Of a stretch of 64,000 bases of DNA, positions 28,700-37,888 are shown in pieces. The DNA lies in the IMG/VR virus record IMGVR_UViG_3300032562_000004, positions 1-64,000 of that record; one strand, given 5' to 3'. The notes beneath the pieces were generated by a model. It ran no database searches, was not told the origin of the DNA, and saw nothing but the letters and a program-made list of their open reading frames with translations. The position numbers were made by a program, and so were the translations under genes. The number at the start of each line of letters is the position of its first letter. Position 1 is the stretch's first letter.

Positions 28700-29001
28700 G
28701 GATTCAAGTCTTTCTGTTGTTTAACCCAATTCTGTAATGCTTTCAATTGGTCTGCTGTCAAATGATATGTGCCGTAATTCTCTGCAATTACTTTTTCCGC
28801 ATCAGATAATTGTACGTTATCTTCCGGTAGTACTTGTAACTCCGGTGGTGGTTCCATTAACTGGTCCGGTGGAGTTGGGAACGGTATTCGTAGCGGCGTA
28901 GTTGTGCAAGCGGATAAAAGAAAGAGGAAGCTTACACAAGCTATCGTCTTTAGTTGTAATATATTTAATAATCGTTTCATTCTTGGCTTTCGTTGCCTCA
29001 T
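28696..29001 (-). CDS. o-spanin (Rz1-like lipoprotein), overlapping the i-spanin
   Basis: FLLSAC lipobox then Pro-rich PFPTPPDQLMEPPP; start uncertain. Confidence 0.75.
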   Translation of the reverse strand: MRQRKPRMKRLLNILQLKTIACVSFLFLLSACTTTPLRIPFPTPPDQLMEPPPELQVLPEDNVQLSDAEKVIAENYGTYHLTADQLKALQNWVKQQKDLNP

Positions 29002-29296
29002 GGCTTTTTATATAATCATCGAGCACTTGCTTTGTAATATTCTTTTGATCGGTTACTACTTGGTTGATCTTCGTTTCTTCATTAACCAAAACATCTCGTC
29101 TTCCATCTATATAGAATCCCGAAGCAAACAAGAAAACACCAATTAGTTCAACAACAATCACCACAAAATATCGGTATACTATGGGTATTAATCCTTGAAC
29201 AAATTGAACCAGAATAAAAAGGGCAACACCGAAACCGATAATTGCCCAAGGTACCCAACTAGGAATCAAACCTAATAACCAATTTATTGAGAACAT
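28817..29296 (-). CDS. i-spanin (Rz-like)
   Basis: N-terminal TMs, coiled coil, C(x)LP(x)SFIRLHN motif. Confidence 0.75.
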   Translation of the reverse strand: MFSINWLLGLIPSWVPWAIIGFGVALFILVQFVQGLIPIVYRYFVVIVVELIGVFLFASGFYIDGRRDVLVNEETKINQVVTDQKNITKQVLDDYIKSHEATKAKNETIIKYITTKDDSLCKLPLSFIRLHNYAATNTVPNSTGPVNGTTTGVTSTTGR

Positions 29297-29297
29297 T

Positions 29298-29597
29298 TTA
29301 AATATTTGGAGGCTTTCTATGACTCATACCCATCATCACAGGATTGTGTGCCTTCTTCCTCTTTCTTAAATCAACACCAGGTTCACCACCTTTGCCACCA
29401 GAACCAGCGATTGCACCACCGCCAACCACATTAGTTGGACCCGCAGACATTGCGCCACCACCCATACCATCTTCTTTTACACAAGAATCTTTTGAATATT
29501 CTTTTGTGCCAACGGCAGTATATCCAGTCCTGCAGGCTTTCTTTAAATCGCCTGTGGGTTTCTTAACTGCTTCTGAAAATTGTTTAAATGTTTTCAT
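29298..29597 (-). CDS. small internal head protein
   Basis: MKTFKQFSEA resembles the T4 capsid-targeting sequence; Gly-rich. Confidence 0.65.
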   Translation of the reverse strand: MKTFKQFSEAVKKPTGDLKKACRTGYTAVGTKEYSKDSCVKEDGMGGGAMSAGPTNVVGGGAIAGSGGKGGEPGVDLRKRKKAHNPVMMGMSHRKPPNI

Positions 29598-29980
29598 ATT
29601 TGTCTCAATATCTCTGCGATATTCATATCTACGGGAATATCATCCGTAATTAGTGTTTTACCTCTGATACCTTTAACTATTTTTGGTAGTATATTTAAAT
29701 ACAACAAAAATGTTTTTAATATATCATAATCTCTCTCGTCAATTCTATAGAATAAAATTCTTGCCGTTACTTCGGGACCAAAAACATTATTCAATAGAAT
29801 GATATGATTTAATATCAATCGTTCTTTTACTACTTTAGTAACCTTGTATCTGCGAAATAGACGCTTCAGATATTTGGTTCTTTTAATATCGCCTTCAAAT
29901 TCCGACATTACGCAATGTGGTGAAGTGTATGACTTCATTGCATATATCATAAAATTATCTTCATTCAACTCATCAAACAT
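29594..29980 (-). CDS. conserved T4-like hypothetical protein
   Basis: MFDELNEDNF...EFEGDIKR..Y...RLILNHII motif. Confidence 0.85.
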   Translation of the reverse strand: MFDELNEDNFMIYAMKSYTSPHCVMSEFEGDIKRTKYLKRLFRRYKVTKVVKERLILNHIILLNNVFGPEVTARILFYRIDERDYDILKTFLLYLNILPKIVKGIRGKTLITDDIPVDMNIAEILRQI

Positions 29981-30004
29981 TATTATTATTCTTTTTACAT
30001 GATG

Positions 30005-30036
30005 AAAAAACGGAGACAGCCTAGGCCATCTCCGTT
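30005..30036 (-). terminator. rho-independent terminator
   Basis: AACGGAGA/TCTCCGTT stem followed by a T-tract on the minus strand. Confidence 0.75.
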
Positions 30037-30045
30037 AATTAAGCA

Positions 30046-30675
30046 TTAAATACCAGCGAAATATGTGCCAGAGTTACTTGTGTTACCGGACAATGTGTTA
30101 GCTGCAGTTGGATTAGCAAGAGCAACCAAAACTTCATTTTGAACACGACCAGCACGACCGCCAGTAAATGTTCTTGTACGAACCCAACCGGCATGTGGAA
30201 CAGAACCTATATTAAACTGGTTTGTACCATTGGCTACACCAGCATATACTGCATTGGCCAAACGAGTTGGAGTCACCAATACTGTATCATTGTTATATGT
30301 GGTATCATAAGTTTTGTTTGTATTGTAGGTGATAGCGGTATCGAATGTAGCAACTGCACCAGCGGGTGTAGTATTAAAGGAACCATTTGTCAATACAACG
30401 TTGTTACCACTAACAGAAGCAACTTGTGTGTTAGAAGCAAAGAATCCTGGATATCCGTTACCTGCTGTTCCAGTAACAAAATACACATATTGTCCTGCTG
30501 TAATACCTACGTTGGCAGCACTATTTGGTCCACCATCATAAACTGTTAAAGTAATAACGGTATTACCAATAGCAGTGGTATTGGCAGTAGTTGCGGTTAC
30601 GGTTTGTCTTACTTCACGCTCACGATCCCATTTAGGTTTCTGATTGTGATTATCTGTATTTCCCCATGTTGGCAT
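30046..30675 (-). CDS. virion structural protein
   Basis: MPTWGNTD...HAGWV...GGRAGRVQNEVLVAL; T/N/G-rich; late promoter GATAAATA at 30710-30717. Confidence 0.75.
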   Translation of the reverse strand: MPTWGNTDNHNQKPKWDREREVRQTVTATTANTTAIGNTVITLTVYDGGPNSAANVGITAGQYVYFVTGTAGNGYPGFFASNTQVASVSGNNVVLTNGSFNTTPAGAVATFDTAITYNTNKTYDTTYNNDTVLVTPTRLANAVYAGVANGTNQFNIGSVPHAGWVRTRTFTGGRAGRVQNEVLVALANPTAANTLSGNTSNSGTYFAGI

Positions 30676-30717
30676 TATTTTCTCCTTGATGAGCCTTTGG
30701 TTATAGTACTATTTATC

Positions 30718-32145
30718 TTATTTGTTTTCTACTTTTTTGTTGACCGTACCATCATCTTTTTTGTTGCCATTCAAATCTGGTCTTGATTTCATTTGTGGAT
30801 CAATCTCCACGGTATCACGCTTCTCACCAGTCATAGTAGTTCCACCAGACATTACTGCTCTGGCTTTTGGTTCACCATCAGGTAAAGCATTTGGATCTTC
30901 TTTACTTAGTTTTGGATTTTTTCCATTAGGTTTACCAGGAGATGTTTGATTCTTATCATCCTTTTCGTGGTCATACATTTCTTCTTTGACTGGTTTACAT
31001 ACAGATTTTATTGTCTTTAATGTTTTTGACATACCACGTTTTCTTGGTAGAATATCATGGGTATCATCTGTATTATTGGCACCATCAAAACAAGACTGTG
31101 TGGCTGCCTGTGGGTCACCAAAGTTATCTTCGGATACCGGTTTCATACCGACTTTACGTTGCAAGTAACCTTTGAGTCCTTTAACACGCTTCTTAGCAAT
31201 TTCATCAGATTTCTTATGTAGGTCGGCAAAACCCTTGGACATATGTTTACCATGTTCAGCAGCATCACGGTTTGCCTGAGCATTTTTAAGACTGGCTGTA
31301 GATTTATCTTTATAAGAAGCTAGTGTAGATTTTGAGATTTCATCAATCTGTTCAACTTCTTCTTTGGCTAATTGTTTCTTTTTTAACTCAATTTGACCCA
31401 TATGTTGAATTGGTTTTTTCTGTTTTGGCATACGTTTAGACCAATCGTATTTTGCAGCTTTCTTGGCCAATTCATTTTCTTCTTTGTTCAAATGTTTCTG
31501 TAAACGGTCAATAGCGGAAGTCATGCCTTCACCAGTCTTAGATTGTTTCTTTTGAATCTCATCATGTTTCTTGGCACGTTCTGCTGCATCTTGACGGAAC
31601 TTATCTAAAGCAATAGGTTTCTTAACCTCTTCAGGAAAGATTTCTCGGTTTTTGGCTTTGTCGTGAGCAATTTTACTCTGTCTAACATGAGTTGGTGTAG
31701 TACCAGGCATTGGAGTTTTACTCAATGTTTTACTAACAGTTTGTTCTGGTTTTGCATCTTCTTGTATATGATGCTGTTTCCAAATCAAAAATTGCTTAGA
31801 TTTGGAATGAGAAATCTTAACATCTTTAGTAGCAAACTTAGGATTGATGCCATGTGCTGACAGATAACGATCCAAAAGAGCATCTTCACTTACATATTCA
31901 ACTTCCTCAAACTTGTGATCCATGCGCCATTTCTTGAATGTGTTGGATTTAGCATGAGAAATTTTTGTAGCTTTAGATACAAAGTTAGGATTGATACCTT
32001 TGGCTTTTAAATATTGAGATAAAGAACCATCTTCAGCAACTTGATTTGTGGCTGAATACTGACCTAACTGGCCAGGGTTTACATAATTTGTGCCTCTGGC
32101 CGGTTCAGGATTCTGTTTAACTACATCCTTTAATTTCTTTGCCAT
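30718..32145 (-). CDS. internal head polyprotein-like protein
   Basis: Lys-rich; repeated (I/V)xE sites; internal 49-aa duplication. Confidence 0.7.
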   Translation of the reverse strand: MAKKLKDVVKQNPEPARGTNYVNPGQLGQYSATNQVAEDGSLSQYLKAKGINPNFVSKATKISHAKSNTFKKWRMDHKFEEVEYVSEDALLDRYLSAHGINPKFATKDVKISHSKSKQFLIWKQHHIQEDAKPEQTVSKTLSKTPMPGTTPTHVRQSKIAHDKAKNREIFPEEVKKPIALDKFRQDAAERAKKHDEIQKKQSKTGEGMTSAIDRLQKHLNKEENELAKKAAKYDWSKRMPKQKKPIQHMGQIELKKKQLAKEEVEQIDEISKSTLASYKDKSTASLKNAQANRDAAEHGKHMSKGFADLHKKSDEIAKKRVKGLKGYLQRKVGMKPVSEDNFGDPQAATQSCFDGANNTDDTHDILPRKRGMSKTLKTIKSVCKPVKEEMYDHEKDDKNQTSPGKPNGKNPKLSKEDPNALPDGEPKARAVMSGGTTMTGEKRDTVEIDPQMKSRPDLNGNKKDDGTVNKKVENK

Positions 32146-32154
32146 ATTATTCTC

Positions 32155-33537
32155 TTAGTTAGAAATTTTGCCCATCATGGTTTCATTCTTCAACTTTTTG
32201 AAAGCGGAACGAGCCAAATCTTTAGCACGGGACATTGGTGTATGTTTAGCACCAGATTTGTCTGTTACAGTAGCAGGAGATTTCTTCCATGGTGTTTCTT
32301 TATGCCATGAACGCTCGTCAGCTTCTTCATTCTTTTTACCATAATAAGCACCTAAAGCCATTTTCTTACGTTCAGCTTTAGATTTACCAGCAAACTTAGG
32401 ATTTTTAGAATGTATGAAATCATGAATCCAATCACCAGCATCAGCATCTTTAGAAAGAACTTCGTTAATCATTGCATCAAGTTCAACATCAGTTGCTGAT
32501 TCCATTTTAAGATTTGGAAGATTAACATGGGGTTCTTTTGCTTTGATAGACTTACGAGCAGTAGTTTCTTCAGCATCTTTTACGGCAGGAGCTTTCATCT
32601 CACCATCAGTTTTCAACTGTAATTTATAAGATTTAAATTCATTTGCATTTCCACCTTTTACACGACCACGAATCATATCTGTGGTAACTTCATTTGGTTG
32701 TGCTGCTGGTGTAGTAACTTCTGATTCAGATAATTCAACTCCTTCTTTTAATGTGGACAAATGTTTATCCAAACTAGAAAAATTACTTGTGCTATCACCA
32801 TGAGCCTTAGATGATTTTGAACCTGCAGGATAGTGGTGCCATTCACCATAACGGTTAATAGAAACTTCACCTTTGGTTGGATGTTTCATTCCTGCACCAT
32901 AAGTGGTTCTTTTAAATTCCATACCATGATTTTTAGCAATAGTATCAAGGTTATCTTCATTCAATTCGACTTCTTCATTGCGTGCTTTAGCAAGATTCTC
33001 TGGATGTGAAATTGTATCTTTCTTAGGACCTTTAACATCAGTCATGGTCAAAGGTTTTTCACCTTTTGCTTTACGGAGAAAAGCAGGAACATCGGACTTA
33101 CGAACTTCTTCACCCATGTTATTGTCGGTGAAAGTCTCTTGTGGACCACTACCCTTGTTTTCTTTAATCTTTGCTTTTGCTTTTTCTTTCCACTTATGTG
33201 CCAAAGTCATTTCTTCTGCATGGTGCATACTTTTCTCATGACCTTTTACTTCTTTTTTAGCAATATTCTTTGCTTCAGGTTCAGTAACACATGAACCATC
33301 TTCTTCCTTCATTTCTTTAGCTTTAGGACCTTTGAGTTTATCCACATCATGTGATGTTTGGTCTTTATGTGCCTTAGCAGAATTACCATAACGGTGACCA
33401 AGTACCTTTGTACCTGTAGGAGTAGCAATCTTGGTAGATTTCTTTTCAGGTTCTAACAATAATTTTTTATCTTCTTCAGCAATAACACTATTAACAGCAT
33501 CAATCATGGATTGGGTAATTTTACTTTTTGTGAACAT
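32155..33537 (-). CDS. internal head polyprotein-like protein
   Basis: K/E-rich; EEVELNE, EGVELSE; FIHSKNPKFAGKSK motif. Confidence 0.7.
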   Translation of the reverse strand: MFTKSKITQSMIDAVNSVIAEEDKKLLLEPEKKSTKIATPTGTKVLGHRYGNSAKAHKDQTSHDVDKLKGPKAKEMKEEDGSCVTEPEAKNIAKKEVKGHEKSMHHAEEMTLAHKWKEKAKAKIKENKGSGPQETFTDNNMGEEVRKSDVPAFLRKAKGEKPLTMTDVKGPKKDTISHPENLAKARNEEVELNEDNLDTIAKNHGMEFKRTTYGAGMKHPTKGEVSINRYGEWHHYPAGSKSSKAHGDSTSNFSSLDKHLSTLKEGVELSESEVTTPAAQPNEVTTDMIRGRVKGGNANEFKSYKLQLKTDGEMKAPAVKDAEETTARKSIKAKEPHVNLPNLKMESATDVELDAMINEVLSKDADAGDWIHDFIHSKNPKFAGKSKAERKKMALGAYYGKKNEEADERSWHKETPWKKSPATVTDKSGAKHTPMSRAKDLARSAFKKLKNETMMGKISN

Positions 33538-33549
33538 TTTTAGTCTCCG

Positions 33550-35442
33550 TTATTTGTTCTTTTTCTTCTTTTTAACTATTTCAATACCAATATTTCTGTT
33601 GGGGTCTTTATAGGTATCCATGCCCTCTTTGTTGTCGGCACCACCTAGTGTACCACCTAGACCGGATTCAACATCATTTTGAAAGCCGTTATATTCTTTA
33701 ATGGTCTTTCTAAATTTCTTAAATTCTTTCTTTGGAGCAGTATAAGCACTATCTCCTAATGGATTTGGTGTGATACCTGCCGGCATTGCTGTGCTAGCAG
33801 GATTTGCGTTACTATATTCTTCACCTTCACTATATGTCTGATTGCCTAATCCAGCACCGCCAGTTAAACCACTACCGTTTGTTCTTGTATTCCAAGTATT
33901 GCCTAGGCCGTCAGGACGACCAAGAGCTGATTCTTTACCAGACTTGTCGATACCACGTTTCTTTAGTTTGATTTTGTCTTTGTCTTGCTGGAAGTTGCTT
34001 TCTTTGGCTTTGTTGTAGACTTTCGTGATTGGCTGGCTTTCTTCGTAGGCTGCGTGCCACGCACCGCCGGAGTGGCCTTTGTTGAAGTTGTCTTTTCTGG
34101 CGCCCGTGTTGCCTTTAACTTGGTCTTGTCCAGGGGGAACAATGGATCCTTGGTTGTCGGGTTTGATGTCGGCTGGACCTTTTGCTCTTGGACTGGAGTA
34201 ATTGGTTTTAACTTTAAGAAATCGATTATTCGTTTTAACATTATTTTCTTCCTCAATTTTAAATTTACGATTCAGCCAATCTTCAGCCGTTTCGTTTACG
34301 GTATTTGAATCAAGAAAAACTTTAGTGTTTTCATATACTTCATGAATATCATATTCTTTAGTACGGATATCACCCGTATTATCGAAAACAATAAAATTTT
34401 TAAATGATTCGGTGAAATATTTAGTATTTCTCTGTGATTTAGACCATTTGTCCTGTCTGACGGATTCTACCATCATTCTGGACAACAGAGAATTACGCTC
34501 TTTACTTACTTCATCGGTGGTATTCACAAAAATCATCATAGTATCATATCCAAGACTTTCCAATTCTTCTTTGATATGTGAAATTCTATCTTTATCATCA
34601 GCTGGACCATTAATAATCAATGGACCACGGTTACGAATAGCTTCTCTACGGAAATCATTGGTTTTTTCAGATAGTTTTTGTTTATCACCCAAATACTCTT
34701 GTGCTTGAATAAAGTTTAATTCTACAATCTTGGATTCAGCAATAGCTTCACGAATAATAATATCTTTACCTGAACCTGGACCACCAGTTACAAAGATTGC
34801 TTTGAATTGCCCGTGGTTATATGATTCGTGTAATCCCATACCTTTGCGAGTATCATTCATCAACTCTTTAGCGTGTGTATCGGATACATGAGCAGGAACA
34901 CCTTTACGAAACTCATCAAAGTTTTTATTCTTTGCGTGTTCTCTCATCTTGGTGCCAGATACACCTTCGGATCCCTCAGCATCAGGATCACGGTGGCCAG
35001 CGGAATGTACTGTTATCTTTTTAAAATGATAAGGTACTTTACCTTCTTTATTGGGTTTACCGTTATATTTGTTTAATGAATCTTTAAATTCTTTGACACG
35101 GTCCAAACCAACAACAACATGAAGGTGAGTTACACCTTGTTTATGTAACTTTTCAGCGTGACTAAAAATGGAAGGATGTTCTTTTGAAGATTTCTCGATA
35201 TTAGTATCCGGAGAATACCGCTTCAGAGCTTTAACCTTCTGTGCGCCGGATAAAGGATTCTTCTTAGCATCTTGTGTATGAGATACAATAACATGATGTG
35301 AACCACCAACATCCTTAGCAATTTCTTTAACCTTATCGATTACTTTTAAATGTCCTGTGGTTGGAGGATTCATCCGACCATAAGTCATCACGGCATGTTT
35401 ACCTGTATCTTTTTCTTCAGATAATTCTAAGAATGATTTCAT
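33550..35442 (-). CDS. HxGH nucleotidyltransferase fused to P-loop kinase domain
   Basis: TYGRMNPPTTGH; VVGLDRV; SGTKMR; AIFVTGGPGSGKD; MKSFLELSEE N-terminus. Confidence 0.8.
   Translation of the reverse strand: MKSFLELSEEKDTGKHAVMTYGRMNPPTTGHLKVIDKVKEIAKDVGGSHHVIVSHTQDAKKNPLSGAQKVKALKRYSPDTNIEKSSKEHPSIFSHAEKLHKQGVTHLHVVVGLDRVKEFKDSLNKYNGKPNKEGKVPYHFKKITVHSAGHRDPDAEGSEGVSGTKMREHAKNKNFDEFRKGVPAHVSDTHAKELMNDTRKGMGLHESYNHGQFKAIFVTGGPGSGKDIIIREAIAESKIVELNFIQAQEYLGDKQKLSEKTNDFRREAIRNRGPLIINGPADDKDRISHIKEELESLGYDTMMIFVNTTDEVSKERNSLLSRMMVESVRQDKWSKSQRNTKYFTESFKNFIVFDNTGDIRTKEYDIHEVYENTKVFLDSNTVNETAEDWLNRKFKIEEENNVKTNNRFLKVKTNYSSPRAKGPADIKPDNQGSIVPPGQDQVKGNTGARKDNFNKGHSGGAWHAAYEESQPITKVYNKAKESNFQQDKDKIKLKKRGIDKSGKESALGRPDGLGNTWNTRTNGSGLTGGAGLGNQTYSEGEEYSNANPASTAMPAGITPNPLGDSAYTAPKKEFKKFRKTIKEYNGFQNDVESGLGGTLGGADNKEGMDTYKDPNRNIGIEIVKKKKKNK
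33963..34241 (-). CDS. putative overprinted basic protein in an alternative frame
   Basis: GAGGA RBS 8 nt before ATG; MLKRIIDFLKLKP...TKKASQSRKSTTKPKK; locally GC-rich. Confidence 0.45.
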   Translation of the reverse strand: MLKRIIDFLKLKPITPVQEQKVQPTSNPTTKDPLFPLDKTKLKATRAPEKTTSTKATPAVRGTQPTKKASQSRKSTTKPKKATSSKTKTKSN

Positions 35443-36563
35443 GCAGGTTTATGTTCCATATGTTCTGATTTATCGGTATAATGTATATCTTTATGATCTT
35501 CACTTGGAAGTGTTACCGTTCCTTTGGGAGATTTATTTGCCGGACGGCCACCAGCAGAAATTGATATTCTAGCAACCGCCATTTTCTTTTTTGTTACTTT
35601 ATGGTGTCCATGTATAGTAACAGAATTTCCTTTAGCTGTAGGATCCACATGTAAATTTTCAAAATGATGTAAATATTCAGCAACATGGCCATGAGCATCA
35701 TATGTGTGATGGCCACGTTCCTGGCCTGCTTTAGAATGACTTTTTGGATAAGTTATTTGTCTAGAAACGATATGTTTCAAATGTGTTTCTGGAGATACAG
35801 CATCCGATACGGTTTTGTGTAATTCATTATGTGATTTTTGTGAAAGACCATGTCTTATATCATGAGCAATACTAGTATTCATTTCAAAAGAAGATTTTTT
35901 AATATTGGATGCTTTTTCTTGATCTTCTTTATTTGAAGAATCTCTTAATGCTTTATATTTGTCATGTGAATCTTCATGCAAATTTGTCTTTATTGTTTCT
36001 CCGTGTTTTTCTGTGTGGTGACTCAAACTTTTACCACTCATTTTACTTAACGAATCTAAACCCAAGTTTGAATAATTTACACTACCACTACCCGTTTTAA
36101 CAGAAATTGCTACTTTATTTTCATTTCTATTTTTTCTTTTATGTGATTTGCTTGTTGTAACAATTAAATCAGCTTTTGAATTTTTATCAGCTACACCGGT
36201 CTCACTTTGATGGTCTGATGGTTGTGAGGTCCATACAGTTTTTTTAACTTTACCGTGGCCATGTTTCTCTAAATGAGATTCTATATTTTTAGCGGCTCTG
36301 GCAGCATTTTTTTGAGAAGTTTTGTGTCCTTCAGCCTTCTCATAATTTTCTCCATGAGCTTTCTTTGAAAGCTTATCATGTGTTTGTTCTGGAGTTTTAC
36401 CTTCAGCACGATAACTCTCCATATGTTTTCCACCATTAAGATGTTGGCCAACTTGTAATTCTCTTAATTTTCCTACTGTGTCGGCACCTTCACCCGTGGA
36501 AGCTTCTAATAATAATTCTTCTTCTAGATATTCTTCATTTAGCCAAGTTTTAAATCTTTTCAT
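35439..36563 (-). CDS. His-rich PD-(D/E)xK-like protein
   Basis: KADLIV...AISVK motif; MKRFKTWLNEE N-terminus. Confidence 0.65.
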   Translation of the reverse strand: MKRFKTWLNEEYLEEELLLEASTGEGADTVGKLRELQVGQHLNGGKHMESYRAEGKTPEQTHDKLSKKAHGENYEKAEGHKTSQKNAARAAKNIESHLEKHGHGKVKKTVWTSQPSDHQSETGVADKNSKADLIVTTSKSHKRKNRNENKVAISVKTGSGSVNYSNLGLDSLSKMSGKSLSHHTEKHGETIKTNLHEDSHDKYKALRDSSNKEDQEKASNIKKSSFEMNTSIAHDIRHGLSQKSHNELHKTVSDAVSPETHLKHIVSRQITYPKSHSKAGQERGHHTYDAHGHVAEYLHHFENLHVDPTAKGNSVTIHGHHKVTKKKMAVARISISAGGRPANKSPKGTVTLPSEDHKDIHYTDKSEHMEHKPA

Positions 36564-37765
36564 TTTCTTACCTTTAACAAATTTTGTTTAGCAAATTCAG
36601 CACGATTAACCAATTTAGTAGGTTCTTCTTTACCACCTTCTGGTTTATGGTTTACCACAAAACCTTCAGGTTTGGATTTCTTACCATCAATGTGATGTTG
36701 ATAGTGTCCTTCGTGTGTTTCTAAAGACTTCACCAAAGTATTTTTGGCTTGGTGTAAATGATGGTGCATTGAGAATAGGTTACCATAGTGTTCTTTGTGT
36801 TTTTCAACATGAGCAATTTGGTGTTTACCTTCGTTACGTTTTTCTTCTTTACTTTTATCTGTTTTGACCTTGGCAGCCATCTTTTCATGTTCACCGTGTA
36901 AATGTTCTTTAAAACCTTTAACACTTGGAACTTCATCGTGTCTTACTGTCTTGTTTATGTATGTGGCAAGGTGGCCATGTTCTCCACTATGTTTTGGATG
37001 AACGGCATTATACATCTTATGACCATGAGTATCATGAATATCTTTAGCGGCATTCATGTGTTTATGGAACTCTTTTTCACGTTCAGCAGTATGTTTTACC
37101 TTGCTGGTATCGTGTTCAGCGCCATGAATATGGACATCTGGATGTTCTTTGAATTTACTTACATCAACATGGGGTGAAGCGTGTTTCATTTCATGGTCGT
37201 ATTCGTGGTGTACTACCACACCAACTTTAGACTTTTTAATCTTTTCTGCTTCTTTACCTTTGGCAGTATAGGTAATAGTGTTTGGAGTAAAAGAAACATC
37301 ACCTTTAGCCTCAACGATATAACTTTCGTGTAGGTGTTTGGTATCAGCATGGTGCATTAAGTCACCTTGAAATACGCCATGTTTAGGTGTTACTTTAGGT
37401 AGATGTTTGAGTGCGTGTTTAAGTGTGTGTGCTAGACCTGGAGCGTGGCCATGATTTCTATCGATGTCCGCTTCAGTATGATTGATTTTTGGATTCTTAT
37501 TGAAGGCAGATTTGGTTGCCACAAAGAATTTACCATTCTTAGGATGATGACCAAAAACAATCGATGGTGAACCGTCATATTTCATGGTCAGATTTGTATT
37601 TTTATGACCACCAGTCATATGTGCATGAGCTTTCATCAAAGCTGCATGAGCATGTTCAAAACCTTCGTGACCATGCATCAACGGTCTATCTTCAGCATGA
37701 TGAATATGTTTCAACTCCGAACTCTGTTCGGCCTCTTCTTTTAAGAATGATTTAAATGATAACAT
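36560..37765 (-). CDS. His-rich ligase-like nucleotidyltransferase (KxDG)
   Basis: TMKYDGSPSIVFG, FFVATKSAFNK, QGDLM, PEGFV, KLVNRAEF; MLSFKSFLKEE N-terminus. Confidence 0.75.
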   Translation of the reverse strand: MLSFKSFLKEEAEQSSELKHIHHAEDRPLMHGHEGFEHAHAALMKAHAHMTGGHKNTNLTMKYDGSPSIVFGHHPKNGKFFVATKSAFNKNPKINHTEADIDRNHGHAPGLAHTLKHALKHLPKVTPKHGVFQGDLMHHADTKHLHESYIVEAKGDVSFTPNTITYTAKGKEAEKIKKSKVGVVVHHEYDHEMKHASPHVDVSKFKEHPDVHIHGAEHDTSKVKHTAEREKEFHKHMNAAKDIHDTHGHKMYNAVHPKHSGEHGHLATYINKTVRHDEVPSVKGFKEHLHGEHEKMAAKVKTDKSKEEKRNEGKHQIAHVEKHKEHYGNLFSMHHHLHQAKNTLVKSLETHEGHYQHHIDGKKSKPEGFVVNHKPEGGKEEPTKLVNRAEFAKQNLLKVRK

Positions 37766-37810
37766 GAATTTCTTTCTAGACTTGCAACACACTTTGGTTG
37801 CCGGACACCT

Positions 37811-37818
37811 TATTTATA
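37811..37818 (-). promoter_or_regulatory. T4-type late promoter
   Basis: exact TATAAATA 46 nt upstream of the ATG; GCAAC-N8-GTTGC hairpin in the leader. Confidence 0.8.
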
Positions 37819-37888
37819 CAACTTTTAAGTTAATATGGTGAAACTGTGGAAAGATTGGCTTAGATACATAGTGCCAAAATTGTTGGAT

